Translations under genes and position numbers: made by a program | Shown here: positions 1-10,046 of the stretch, in pieces | How positions within the stretch are numbered: the first letter of the stretch is position 1 | Layout: each line of letters starts with the position of its first letter | Assembly (NCBI GenBank): GCA_963665815.1 | Contig: OY762463.1 | Coordinates: 3,200,001-3,264,000 of the forward strand | Length of the DNA stretch: 64,000 nucleotides | Direction of reading: 5' to 3' | Source of the DNA: Candidatus Cloacimonadales bacterium | GTDB taxonomy: Bacteria > Cloacimonadota > Cloacimonadia > Cloacimonadales > JAIOQZ01 | Notes under the pieces: generated by a model | Told to the model about the DNA's origin: nothing | Database searches by the model: none | Seen by the model: only the letters and a program-made list of their open reading frames with translations

Positions 1-1082
1 GTGTTTTGGCTATTAATCCGGGATCTACTTCAACAAAAATAGCAGTATTTGAAGACAAAGAAAATCTTTTTACAAAAGTTCTGAGACATGACCCTGCTGA
101 ACTGGAAAATTTTGGTGGAATCATCGAACAGTATGAATTTCGTAAAAACCTTGTTGTAGAAGCTGTAAAAGAAAATGATATCACAATTGAATCGCTTAAT
201 GCTGTAGTTGGTAGAGGCGGACTGGTTCGCGCACTTGAAGGTGGAACATACGAAATTAACGATACAATGCTGGCAGATCTGAAAGATCCTACAAAATGGG
301 GAAGAATTCATGCCTCTAATCTTGGTGCTTTCATCGCAAAATCTATTGCTGACGAAATCGGTGTAAGATCATTCATCGTTGACCCTGTAACAGTTGACGA
401 GTTTGAAGAACTTGCAAGAGTATCAGGTATTCCTGAAATTAAAAGACAATCACTCTTCCACGCTCTTAACATTCGTTATACAGCAAGACTGCTTGCTGAT
501 CAGCTTGGAAAAGACTTTGATAAAATGAATATGGTTGCTGTTCACATGGGCGGCGGAATCTCCATTTGCGCTATCAAACAAGGTAAAGTTGTTGATACTA
601 ACAACGCACTTCTCGGAATGGGACCTTTCTCTCCACAGAGAGCCGGTGCACTCCCAATAGGTGACCTTCTTGATATGGCTTACTCAGGCGACTGGACTAA
701 GAAACAGCTTACAGGTTACCTTGCTAAAAAAGCAGGTCTGATGGCTTATCTTGGAACAGATGACGGTCTGTATATTGAAAAAGAAATTGAAAAACTTAAA
801 AACGGTGAAGACGGCAACAAAGATGCTAAATTCTACCACGATGCAATGTGTTACCAGATTGCTAAAGAAATCGGTGGATACGCAACTGTAGTTGACGGTA
901 AAGTTGATGCTATTTTCCTTACAGGCGGACTTTGCTACAATCCGTTCCTCGTGGAAGAACTTACAAGAAGAACAGGATTTATTGCTCCAGTACATGTATT
1001 CCCGGGAGAAAAAGAAATGGAAGCCCTTACTCAGGGTGCTGTCCGTGTTCTTAACGGTACAGAAGCGGCAAGAGAATATTAA
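1..1082 (+). CDS. buk: Butyrate kinase (5' end probably just outside the window)
   Basis: INPGSTSTK, VVGRGG, HASNLG, FHALN, HMGGGIS and GPFSPQRAG motifs of the acetate/butyrate kinase family. Confidence 0.95.
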   Translation, partial: VLAINPGSTSTKIAVFEDKENLFTKVLRHDPAELENFGGIIEQYEFRKNLVVEAVKENDITIESLNAVVGRGGLVRALEGGTYEINDTMLADLKDPTKWGRIHASNLGAFIAKSIADEIGVRSFIVDPVTVDEFEELARVSGIPEIKRQSLFHALNIRYTARLLADQLGKDFDKMNMVAVHMGGGISICAIKQGKVVDTNNALLGMGPFSPQRAGALPIGDLLDMAYSGDWTKKQLTGYLAKKAGLMAYLGTDDGLYIEKEIEKLKNGEDGNKDAKFYHDAMCYQIAKEIGGYATVVDGKVDAIFLTGGLCYNPFLVEELTRRTGFIAPVHVFPGEKEMEALTQGAVRVLNGTEAAREY

Positions 1083-1104
1083 GAAAACTATTAGAAATAT
1101 ATAT

Positions 1105-1137
1105 GCACCATCGGGGAGACTCGGTGGTGTTTTTTTT
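1105..1137 (+). terminator. Rho-independent terminator of buk
   Basis: GCACCATCGGG-GAGA-CTCGGTGGTGT stem-loop followed by a T8 tract. Confidence 0.85.
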
Positions 1138-1161
1138 GTGTTTTTGGGGATAGTGTGTATG

Positions 1162-1490
1162 TGTCGCAGATTTTCCCGATTATTCGGGACTCAATCAACT
1201 TAACCTACTGATAAACTCAAAGTTGAAAGCTCCCTGACAGACTGTGTAATAACGCAAGTTATCTAATAGTTAATAGTAATTTATGTCGCAGGTTTTCCCG
1301 ATTACTCGGGACTCAACCAGCTTAACATATTGATATATAATGACAAGATCGCTCCCTGACAGCCTGTGTAAAAACGCGAAATATCTTGAAATTTGCAATA
1401 ATTTATGTCGCGATTTCGACTCCGCTCAATCAGCGTAACTTACTGAAAAAGTAAGAGTTGTAAGCACCCAGAGCGGAGTCGAAGGGAAGG
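1162..1490. repeat. Degenerate tandem array of about 122-bp REP-like units (2 full + 1 partial)
   Basis: Units start TGTCGC at 1162, 1284 and 1406. Units 1-2 carry CCCGA-TTAY-TCGGG hairpins. Unit 3 has a perfect 13-bp inverted repeat TTCGACTCCGCTC (1415-1427) / GAGCGGAGTCGAA (1471-1483). Confidence 0.85.
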
Positions 1491-1757
1491 TGTTTTAACT
1501 GATTTAATCAACAAAAATCCATAGAAAAAAACTTCCTTGACATCGAATGGAACACAAGTTTGATTTTGTTGTAATTTGGATAAAAGAATTACACAGGGAA
1601 TTATCTGGGGTTGAGAATACAATAATACGTGAATAGCATTTTTTCAACCTTTTATGATTTTCCTTTCTTATTAACACATTGGAGGTTACTATGATAAAGT
1701 ATTACAGAATTGAATAGAAGTAATGTACTGTGTGATTTTGAATTATTGGAGGAAAGT

Positions 1758-2855
1758 ATGAACAGAACGCAAACATGGATTTTAGTTTTGCTGTTAATTG
1801 CAATACTGGAATGTTCCTGTACAAATCCAAATGAAGCAACTGACCCAAATGTGACAGTATGGAGAAAGAAAGACTCTCCTATTATAGTTGACTCTCTTGT
1901 TCATGTGAAAGCAGGTGAGACCCTGCGAATTGAAAAAGGAGTTACTGTGCTGCTTAAGAGTAGTGTATTGCCTTTAGGTGTTTTTAGTGATTCATTGTCT
2001 TATATCTTCAACTTTGATGAGCCTAAGGTTGGTATGATTCGGGTTGATGGAAGACTTGAAGCAATTGGTTCCGAAGAAGAACCAATTACAATGACAAGGA
2101 GTGGAGAAGGTTATTGGGGAGCGATATATGCTGATACAAGTTCAGTGTTAAATTTGATATATTGTAATATAAGTTATTCCTCGGGGATAGAAAGTGAAAA
2201 CTTAGGATATTTTACTTCAGCTAGTATCTGGTTCAAAAACAGTTCAGGTTCAATAGTGAGATGCTCTTTTGAGAATAATGAGTTCAGGAGCATTTTATGT
2301 GAGAATGCCAGTCCAATTATAAGACGAAATTTATTCGAATTTGGTGGTGTAATTACTCTCAAAGACTCATCCCCCGTCATTGATAATAATATAATGATAG
2401 GTGGTTTTATGGCTTTTTCTATTAGAGGGCATTCAAGTCCTTATATCATTAATAATACTATTTCAAATTATATTGAAGGTTTAGCAACCTATACTTACGA
2501 TGATGAAGTATTTCCAGTCATAAAGAACAATATTTTCTGGAGAATTGAATCATTTTTTATAACACGCCCTGCAAACAGTTATTGCACTTTTAAGTTCAAC
2601 TTACTTAGCAGAGATGGAATTGATTATAAAACAGATTATGACAGTAACTTAGTATGGCTTAATCCTCTATTGACAGATGAAGAAAATTGTAATTACAATT
2701 TGTCAGAAGATTCTCCGATGATTGATGTTGGCTGCACGGAAATTGAAGGATATGAGTTCCCTGAATACGATTTTTATGGCAATAAGCGTATTTCCGGAGG
2801 TAAGGTGGATATAGGAGCTGCAGAGTTTATTAATGTAGAAGCTAACGAGGGATAA
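1758..2855 (+). CDS. Putative lipoprotein, right-handed parallel beta-helix with choice-of-anchor-Q-like C-terminus (paralog 1)
   Basis: GGAGG RBS before ATG 1758; hydrophobic signal ending in CSC; SP.I.NN repeats; C-terminal SPMIDVG...DFYGNKRISGGKVDIGAAE. Confidence 0.8.
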   Translation: MNRTQTWILVLLLIAILECSCTNPNEATDPNVTVWRKKDSPIIVDSLVHVKAGETLRIEKGVTVLLKSSVLPLGVFSDSLSYIFNFDEPKVGMIRVDGRLEAIGSEEEPITMTRSGEGYWGAIYADTSSVLNLIYCNISYSSGIESENLGYFTSASIWFKNSSGSIVRCSFENNEFRSILCENASPIIRRNLFEFGGVITLKDSSPVIDNNIMIGGFMAFSIRGHSSPYIINNTISNYIEGLATYTYDDEVFPVIKNNIFWRIESFFITRPANSYCTFKFNLLSRDGIDYKTDYDSNLVWLNPLLTDEENCNYNLSEDSPMIDVGCTEIEGYEFPEYDFYGNKRISGGKVDIGAAEFINVEANEG

Positions 2856-2875
2856 GACAGATGATGGAGGAAAGT

Positions 2876-3982
2876 ATGAACAGAACGCAAACATGGATTT
2901 TAGTTTTGCTGTTAATTGCAATACTGGAATGTTCCTGTACAAACCCGAATGAAGCAACTGACCCGAATGTAACAGTTTGGACAAAGAAAGATTCTCCCAT
3001 AATAGTTGACTCTCTTGTTCATGTGAAAGCAGGTGAAACCCTGCGAATTGAAAAAGGTGTTACTGTGCTGCTTAAGAGTAGTGTATTGCCATTGTATTAT
3101 ACTAATGAATCAGAAAATAAATCTGATATAGACTCTTTGAAATTTCTTTTTAGTATAAATGATCCTCATGTGGGGCTTATTAGGATAGATGGTAATTTTG
3201 AAGCATGTGGAACTGATTCAGAACCTATAGTTTTTACAAGAAATGGTAATGGATACAGCGGTGGGATATACGCAGATACATGTTCAGTGATAAGTCTGAA
3301 TTACTGCCATATTAGTTATATGGGAGGGATGATTAAAGAGTCTGCAGATTATTTTATTGAAACAACTTTCTTCCTGAATGGTAGTTCTGGGGCGATCACT
3401 GGTTGTGTTATTGATAAAAATTTAGGAAGAGCAATAACCTTATATAACTCAGATCACACAATTAGAGGTAACAGATTTGAAACTGATACAGGATTTACTA
3501 TAAAGAATTCATCCCCTGTTATTGATAACAATGTTTTTATAGATGGTTTTATGGCTTTTTTCTGTAGTGAAAACTCAAATCCATATATTATAAATAATAC
3601 AATAGCAAACTATGTTGAAGGAATTACCGTATTTACTTTCAAGCAGTTCGGAGGTAATCCAATCATAATGAATAACATATTCTGGGAGCTAGATTCACAT
3701 TACCTAACAAAAGGTGCTAATAGTGTTTACACTTTTGAATATAATCTTATTGTTCAAAAAGGTATTACAAGTACTACGATTAAAGGTCATAACTGGGCAA
3801 GCGAAAATCCTCATTTTGCAGATGAAGATAATGAAAATTACATGTTATTAGCGGATTCTCCGATGATTGATGTAGGCTGTACGGAAATTGAAGGATATGA
3901 GTTCCCTGAATACGATTTCTATGGCAATAAACGTATTTTCGGTGGAAAGGTGGATGTAGGAGCATCTGAGTTTATTAGATAA
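2876..3982 (+). CDS. Putative lipoprotein, right-handed parallel beta-helix (paralog 2)
   Basis: Same RBS, N-terminus and C-terminus as 1758-2855; divergent central repeats. Confidence 0.8.
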   Translation: MNRTQTWILVLLLIAILECSCTNPNEATDPNVTVWTKKDSPIIVDSLVHVKAGETLRIEKGVTVLLKSSVLPLYYTNESENKSDIDSLKFLFSINDPHVGLIRIDGNFEACGTDSEPIVFTRNGNGYSGGIYADTCSVISLNYCHISYMGGMIKESADYFIETTFFLNGSSGAITGCVIDKNLGRAITLYNSDHTIRGNRFETDTGFTIKNSSPVIDNNVFIDGFMAFFCSENSNPYIINNTIANYVEGITVFTFKQFGGNPIIMNNIFWELDSHYLTKGANSVYTFEYNLIVQKGITSTTIKGHNWASENPHFADEDNENYMLLADSPMIDVGCTEIEGYEFPEYDFYGNKRIFGGKVDVGASEFIR

Positions 3983-4049
3983 AAAGACTCTTTTCTTCAA
4001 TAACTTAGAAAGTTTAAATTGGAAAAGATCTCAAATAAAATTATGATAG

Positions 4050-4198
4050 ATGCACCATCGGGGAGACTCGGTGTTTTTTTTGTGTTTTTGGGGATAGTGT
4101 GTATGTGTCGCAGATTTTCCCGATTACTCGGGACTCAACCAGCTTAACATATTGATATATAATGACAAGATCGCTCCCTGAGCGGAGTCGAAGGGAAG
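4050..4198. repeat. Direct-repeat copy of the buk terminator plus a single mosaic REP-like unit
   Basis: 4050-4126 matches 1103-1182 except for a 3-bp GTG deletion; it continues as unit 2 (about 1305-1359) and ends like unit 3 (GCGGAGTCGAAGGGAAG). Confidence 0.9.
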
Positions 4199-4294
4199 AT
4201 GCTTTTAAAGAGAGTTACTAGTATCTTATAAGGATATGGATGCAGTTGAAATTATTGCCTGGAGTGTATAATAATCACATTGAAAAAAGTTACT

Positions 4295-5128
4295 CTATAA
4301 AATTCTGTCCTCAGGTTCATATCTTAGAGTGGGTTTTTTAAGAAGATAATCTGCTAAGTCTTTGTCAGTAGGAATTATAATATCAGTAAATATATTCTCA
4401 ACAAATGGCGCCATCAAGTGAAGATCTTCTGACTCTGGCTCGATGCCACATTCTAGACAATCAACATAGTCTGAAGCTCTAAAGTAAGATTATCTTATAA
4501 CATATAAATATGAAAAATTCTCAATAAATATCAAGGATATATCGCTGAAAAAATGATTAAGAAATGATGTATCAAAATAGGTAGGTATTTCATTATTCAA
4601 AAACGTGTAAATCATATTGTTGTAATGAGTATGATCGTTGCACCTATCTCTTATCCTTTTATATTTTTCATTTGTTTCTATGTCAAATTTCTCATATATT
4701 TCAGATAAGGCAGGAAATTTTTTTATCTCTTCCGCAATTTTAGAGATACTAAGTGATTTGTGGTTTGATTTGCACCATTCAATAATTTTTGCAGGTCTCA
4801 ACAAAGAATCTAATGGATCTGTAAAAATATCTATACTCTCAGCATGTTTTTCAGATTCAATTATAAAATATACACACATATATCCAGCATCAATAACTTT
4901 TCTCAATAAAGCATAAACATCATTAAAATGACCTTTCTTCATCAGTACTTCAATTGACTTATATGTATTTGATATTGCCTGTAAAAAATGGGCATCAACA
5001 TTATGGATAGTACCAAACATGTGGTGAATATGGTCAAATGCAGTAAAAGATAGTGAATCATAGAATCCTATAATGTGTTTTAGCTTCTTGAATCCAGGAT
5101 GCTCATGGATTTTGTTGGTCATGTGCAT
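4295..5128 (-). pseudogene. Hypothetical (possibly HEPN-like) protein interrupted by an in-frame TAA at 4490-4492
   Basis: The 212-aa ORF continues in frame for 64 sense codons (SYFRASDYVDCLECGIEPESEDLHLMAPFVENIF...EDRIL) to TAG at 4295-4297; RCNDHTH motif. Confidence 0.65.
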
Positions 5129-5427
5129 ATACTAATCCTAATTGTTTTTATGAAAACTTCATAGTATGTCTTAGTAACCAATAAAACAATTTTACCATTG
5201 TTATTCCTATTAGTATAGTATTTATATAAAAATTTCTGCTCATAAGTTATAAATCAAGTAAAACTATTTGATGTTGCATTTACTGATTTAACATTCATTT
5301 AAAATCTACACATTAATCGTTAAAAATGAACATTCCTACCTCTCCCAATTTATTTTCTAAAACCCTTTGACATTTATCACGAAAAAAGAGAACATGCATT
5401 TTTAGAATAAAACTCACGGAGTACTCA

Positions 5428-8400
5428 ATGGCATTCGTGCATCTGCATAACCACACACAATACAGCTTACTCGACGGCGCATGCCGTGTCGATAAAATGG
5501 TCAACCTCGCTAAAGAATATGATATGCCGGCTGTCGCAATGACTGACCACGGTAACATGTTCGGTACAATAGATTTTTACAATAAAGCAAATAAAGCCGG
5601 AATCAAACCTATCATCGGGATGGAAGCATATATAGTTAACGATGATCTGGAAGATCCGAAATCAAAGACAAACCCCAGACATCACCTGGTTCTGCTCGTA
5701 AAAAACCTGCAGGGCTACAAAAACCTCATGAAACTCAGCTCCATAGCTTATACAAAAGGTTTTTACTATAGACCACGTATCAGCAAAAAGGTTCTGGAAG
5801 AACATCATGAGGGGCTGATCTGTCTGTCGGCGTGTCTCGCAGGGGAAATCCCCAGTCTGCTTCTCAAAAAGAAATACGATGAAGCCGAAGAAGTCATTGC
5901 CTGGTACAAGAAACTGTTCCCTGATGCTTATTATATTGAGCTGATGAATCACGGTTTGGAAGAAGAAGTTGCCGTTCTGCCGGAGCTGGTTAAAATTGCG
6001 GAAAAAACAAATACTCCCATGGTGGTCACCAATGACTGTCACTACCTCAAGCGTGCCGATGCCAAGGCACATGAAGTGTTATTGTGTATCCAGACCGGTA
6101 AATCACTGGCTGATCCGGACAGAATGACATTCGAGTCTCACGAGCTTTACTTCAAGACTGAGCAGGAAATGCGCGATTTGTTCCCAAATATGGATTCCGC
6201 TTTTGAAAATACTGTTAAAATTGCCGAACAGGTCGAATTCGATCTGCCATATAAAGACTTCCTATTCCCGAAAACCGACTTGCCCGAAGGATTTACAGAT
6301 CCGTATCTCTACTTGCGTCACCTCTGTGATGAAGGAATCAAACAGAAATACGGTGAGGAGACCAAGGAAATACGTGATCGACTGGACTTTGAGCTGGATG
6401 TAATCCACCAGATGGGCTATGTGGGATATTTCCTTATTGTGAAAGACTTTATTGATGCTGCAAGAGACAGGGAGATTCCTGTGGGACCCGGACGGGGTTC
6501 TGCTGCAGGTAGTATTGTTGCTTACCTGTTGGATATAACGCGGCTTGATCCGCTTAAATACGGCTTGCTTTTTGAGAGATTCCTCGATTTGAAACGGGTT
6601 GGAATGCCGGATATCGATATTGATTTCTGCGCTGAAGGTCGGGGAGAGGTAATTGACTATGTGGTCGAGAAGTATGGACGACAGAGTGTGTCTCAGATTG
6701 TTACTTTCGGTACTCTTGGGGCGAAATCTGTAATTAAGGATGTTGCCCGTGTGCTGGATGTTGCTCCTGCGGAAGCAAACAGAATAACTAAGCTGATGCC
6801 TTCCGGACCAAAAGTTACGCTTGCAAAAGCCTTGAAAGAAGCTCCGGAATTTGCCGAATACATGGCAGGTAACGAAATATATAAATCAATCCTGGAATAC
6901 AGTATGGTGCTGGAAGGTCTGATCCGTCAGATTGGTATCCATGCCGCCGGAGTTGTGATAGGTCCCGGTGACCTTAGTGATTACGCTCCTGTGGCAATCA
7001 GCAGTCAGAAAGACGGTCCACCTGCAGTACTCGTGCAGTACGAGGGGAAATGGCTCGATGATCTTAAAATGTTGAAGATGGACTTTCTTGGATTAAAGAC
7101 TCTTACAGTAATAAAAAGAGCAATTCAGTTAGTGAAAGACGGGAAGAATATTGATATTGATATAGATAATGTAGATCTGACAGACCAAAAAGCATACGAA
7201 CTGCTTTCCATGGGAATGACCGACGGGATTTTCCAGTTTGAGTCTGCAGGTATGAAAAAATATCTGAAAGAGCTGAAACCTACCTGTTTTGATGATATTA
7301 TTGCGATGGTAGCTCTTTACAGACCGGGTCCAATTCAGTTTATTCCGAATTATATTAACCGTAAACACGGTATCGAACCTATAGAGTATGATCACGAGCT
7401 GACAAAAGCAGCTCTGGAAGAAACGTATGGAGTGACTGTCTATCAGGAACAGGTGATGAGGATATCCAAAGAGATGTCCGGATTTACCAGTGCGGAAGCT
7501 GGACAGCTCAGAAAAGCGATTTCCAAGAAAAAAGAAGACCTGATGAATAAGATGCACATAAAGTTTGCTGATGGTGCGGTTAAAAACGGTGTAACGAGAG
7601 AAACAGCCGATAAGATCTGGAAGGACTGGGAGGGTTTTGCGAACTACGCATTCAATAAAAGTCATGCGGCTTGCTATGCCTTTATTGCATTTCAGACAGC
7701 TTATCTTAAGGCTCATTATCCCGTTGAGTTCATGGCAGCTCTTCTTACAATGGAAAATGATCCTGCAAAAATTCCGTATTTCCTCGATGAATGTAAAAAC
7801 ATGGGAATCAGGGTTATTCCACCTAATGTGAATGAAAGTTTCAGAGAATTTTCCGTAAAAGACGGAGCAATACTATTTGGACTGCGCGGCATTAAGAATG
7901 TCGGTAGTGCTGCTATTGCTGAAATTATACGTGAACGTGATGCTGATGGTAAGTTTACCAGCATATTCCAGTTTTGTGAGCGTTTAGACACAATGATTGT
8001 TAACAAAACGGTTGTGGAAAGTTTGATTTTCGCAGGTGCAACAGATGAACTTGAAGGAAACAGGGCTCAGCAGTACGCAAGTATTGAGGATGCTCAGAAT
8101 AATGCAAGTGTTGTACAGGCTGAGAAAAACAGTGATCAGATAAATCTGTTTGATGCATTCCATTCAGATAACAAAGAAGAAAAATCTTATGACTATAAAC
8201 TCCCGGATGTGAACAACTGGACAATCAGGGAGAAGTTGGAGCATGAGAGGAGTGTGCTTGGGTTTTATATTTCGGGGCACCCTCTACAGCAGCATAAGCA
8301 TATTATGGATTATTATTGCAATTGTAATTCAGTCGATTTTAAAGAGAAAAATGTTAGATTAATAAAAATACTGGGACTTGTTTCAGAAGTTAAAACAAAA

Positions 8401-8889
8401 ACAGACAGAAGAGGAAATCCCATGGCTTTTATAACCCTTGAAGACACTGCAGGTAAATTCGAAGTATCTTTGTTTAAGAGCGATTATGAGAGGTTCTTTC
8501 ATGTAATGCAGGAAGGGGCTGAACTGTTTATAGTAGGAGCGAAATCCACTTATGGTAATGGTGATGATTCATTCCTGAGAGTGTTGCCGTCCACAGTTGT
8601 TACGGGTCAGAATGTCGAACATTTATCCGGAAGCATGGATATTGAACTGAGTAAAGAATATTGTATTGACAATGTCAATAAAAACTTAGCACTGGATTTT
8701 GAAAGGACTATGAAGGAGAGTCCCGGAAAAATAAAGCTGAATTTGATTATAAATACTGATAAATACGGTAAGTTGAAGCTCTGCAAGGGAAAATACTCTA
8801 TCTTTCCTTCTCACAAAGTGTTCAGCAATCTCAATCTAAGTATTGTTAACAGTCCTAAAATACAACTGACAATAGAAGAATCCGAGTAA
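5428..8889 (+). CDS. dnaE: DNA polymerase III alpha subunit
   Basis: PHP domain (HLHNHTQYSLLDGA, TDHGNMFG), GRGSAAGS, MPDIDIDF, YAFNKSHAA, OB fold. Confidence 0.98.
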   Translation: MAFVHLHNHTQYSLLDGACRVDKMVNLAKEYDMPAVAMTDHGNMFGTIDFYNKANKAGIKPIIGMEAYIVNDDLEDPKSKTNPRHHLVLLVKNLQGYKNLMKLSSIAYTKGFYYRPRISKKVLEEHHEGLICLSACLAGEIPSLLLKKKYDEAEEVIAWYKKLFPDAYYIELMNHGLEEEVAVLPELVKIAEKTNTPMVVTNDCHYLKRADAKAHEVLLCIQTGKSLADPDRMTFESHELYFKTEQEMRDLFPNMDSAFENTVKIAEQVEFDLPYKDFLFPKTDLPEGFTDPYLYLRHLCDEGIKQKYGEETKEIRDRLDFELDVIHQMGYVGYFLIVKDFIDAARDREIPVGPGRGSAAGSIVAYLLDITRLDPLKYGLLFERFLDLKRVGMPDIDIDFCAEGRGEVIDYVVEKYGRQSVSQIVTFGTLGAKSVIKDVARVLDVAPAEANRITKLMPSGPKVTLAKALKEAPEFAEYMAGNEIYKSILEYSMVLEGLIRQIGIHAAGVVIGPGDLSDYAPVAISSQKDGPPAVLVQYEGKWLDDLKMLKMDFLGLKTLTVIKRAIQLVKDGKNIDIDIDNVDLTDQKAYELLSMGMTDGIFQFESAGMKKYLKELKPTCFDDIIAMVALYRPGPIQFIPNYINRKHGIEPIEYDHELTKAALEETYGVTVYQEQVMRISKEMSGFTSAEAGQLRKAISKKKEDLMNKMHIKFADGAVKNGVTRETADKIWKDWEGFANYAFNKSHAACYAFIAFQTAYLKAHYPVEFMAALLTMENDPAKIPYFLDECKNMGIRVIPPNVNESFREFSVKDGAILFGLRGIKNVGSAAIAEIIRERDADGKFTSIFQFCERLDTMIVNKTVVESLIFAGATDELEGNRAQQYASIEDAQNNASVVQAEKNSDQINLFDAFHSDNKEEKSYDYKLPDVNNWTIREKLEHERSVLGFYISGHPLQQHKHIMDYYCNCNSVDFKEKNVRLIKILGLVSEVKTKTDRRGNPMAFITLEDTAGKFEVSLFKSDYERFFHVMQEGAELFIVGAKSTYGNGDDSFLRVLPSTVVTGQNVEHLSGSMDIELSKEYCIDNVNKNLALDFERTMKESPGKIKLNLIINTDKYGKLKLCKGKYSIFPSHKVFSNLNLSIVNSPKIQLTIEESE

Positions 8890-10046
8890 TGAAAATATTG
8901 ATGTTGCTGGTTATACTGTTAGTTAGTATATCTCTATGGTCGGCAGTTGATTACATGGTAGAAACAGTAGGAGAGGAATCGCTTGTATATTTGAGTATAC
9001 CATACTCATTTTTCAATTTCAGACACAAAAGCGGAAAGTTTATGACAGACTCAAGCGTTGAAATCAGTATATATGATAAAAAGAAAAAACTGAAATTTAC
9101 TGAAACTTTACAGGTACGGTTGCATTTAAATAACAGGCTGGAAATTAATAAGAAGAAGTATCCATATTTATGTATAACAGATCTTAAGAAAGGTCAGTAT
9201 TTGATAAAATTGAAAGTAATATCAGTAAATTATGATAAGGAGATAAGGATTCATATCCGCAACAGTAAAGACAGTCATGATTCAAGTTCTCTTTATGTGT
9301 TCTGTTATTCGGGTGATTCCATATATGAGCCTGTAGATGGCATTCAGGACGCAGATTCTGTTATCGTCAGGCATTACAGCTCTATCAGAGATGCTTCTTT
9401 AAGCATTATCAATACTGATCAAAAAAGTAAATATATGAAAGAAAAAAAGTATTTTCTTTACAAAACCGGAATGAAAACAGAAGAAAAGGATTTAAAGAAC
9501 GGTTTTATATATAGCGTGAAGAAACAAGAAGATAAGACTTTGCATTACAAGGTGAATACTGTTGCTTACAGGTTTAGAAGATCTCATACGGAAACTGAAC
9601 AGATAGAGCAGTTAATGATTATCGAACGAGGTGCATTGATTCGCAGGATGAATAAACTGAAATCAGAGGAACTTGAAGCGGCACTGGACAGTTACTGGAT
9701 TCAGACTGACAGAACTATTGGAGACAATGTAAATGAGTATCAACTAGCCTTTTATAATGCTGTTAAGTTATGTAACGAGAAATTTTCAGTTTTCGGTTAT
9801 AAAATGGGTTGGGATTCAGATATGGGAAGAGTTTTTCTTGAGTATGGCCAGCCGGATGAGATTGTAGAAGAAGCATACCCGAGATATGAGGATTATAAGG
9901 ATTTTTTTACGGATAGTGTTCTGGATTCTTTTTACAGGGCTGTAAAAGACTTCAGCAGCATACAGATATGGTTTTATTATCAAAAAAATAAAGTGTTTTT
10001 ATTTATAGAAAAATATGGAGCGAATAATTATGAATTACAAAATTAA
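8889..10046 (+). CDS. Secreted GWxTD-domain protein (variant GWDSD)
   Basis: Signal peptide; GWDSDMGRVFLEYGQPD...QIWFY. Confidence 0.8.
   Translation: MKILMLLVILLVSISLWSAVDYMVETVGEESLVYLSIPYSFFNFRHKSGKFMTDSSVEISIYDKKKKLKFTETLQVRLHLNNRLEINKKKYPYLCITDLKKGQYLIKLKVISVNYDKEIRIHIRNSKDSHDSSSLYVFCYSGDSIYEPVDGIQDADSVIVRHYSSIRDASLSIINTDQKSKYMKEKKYFLYKTGMKTEEKDLKNGFIYSVKKQEDKTLHYKVNTVAYRFRRSHTETEQIEQLMIIERGALIRRMNKLKSEELEAALDSYWIQTDRTIGDNVNEYQLAFYNAVKLCNEKFSVFGYKMGWDSDMGRVFLEYGQPDEIVEEAYPRYEDYKDFFTDSVLDSFYRAVKDFSSIQIWFYYQKNKVFLFIEKYGANNYELQN

Noticed and set aside
1162-1490. CRISPR array
   Set aside because: Units are about 122 bp and degenerate along their whole length, with no constant-repeat/unique-spacer pattern and no cas genes in the window
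1691-1717. 8-codon ORF MIKYYRIE with a GGAGG RBS
   Set aside because: Too short to support; may be a relic or chance
1710-1757. Longer N-termini in the ORF track (1710, 2861, 26798, 49001, 56499)
   Set aside because: RBS position, signal peptides or overlapping hairpins favour downstream ATGs (1758, 2876, 26819, 48956, 56466)
1758-3982. Diversity-generating retroelement (TR/VR pair)
   Set aside because: Differences between the repeats are not adenine-specific, both copies are in full ORFs, and no reverse transcriptase is in the window
5428-8889. Intein or split in dnaE; apparently higher GC in the 5' part
   Set aside because: Length and motifs are normal with no intein signature; the GC impression was not quantified and tracks protein conservation
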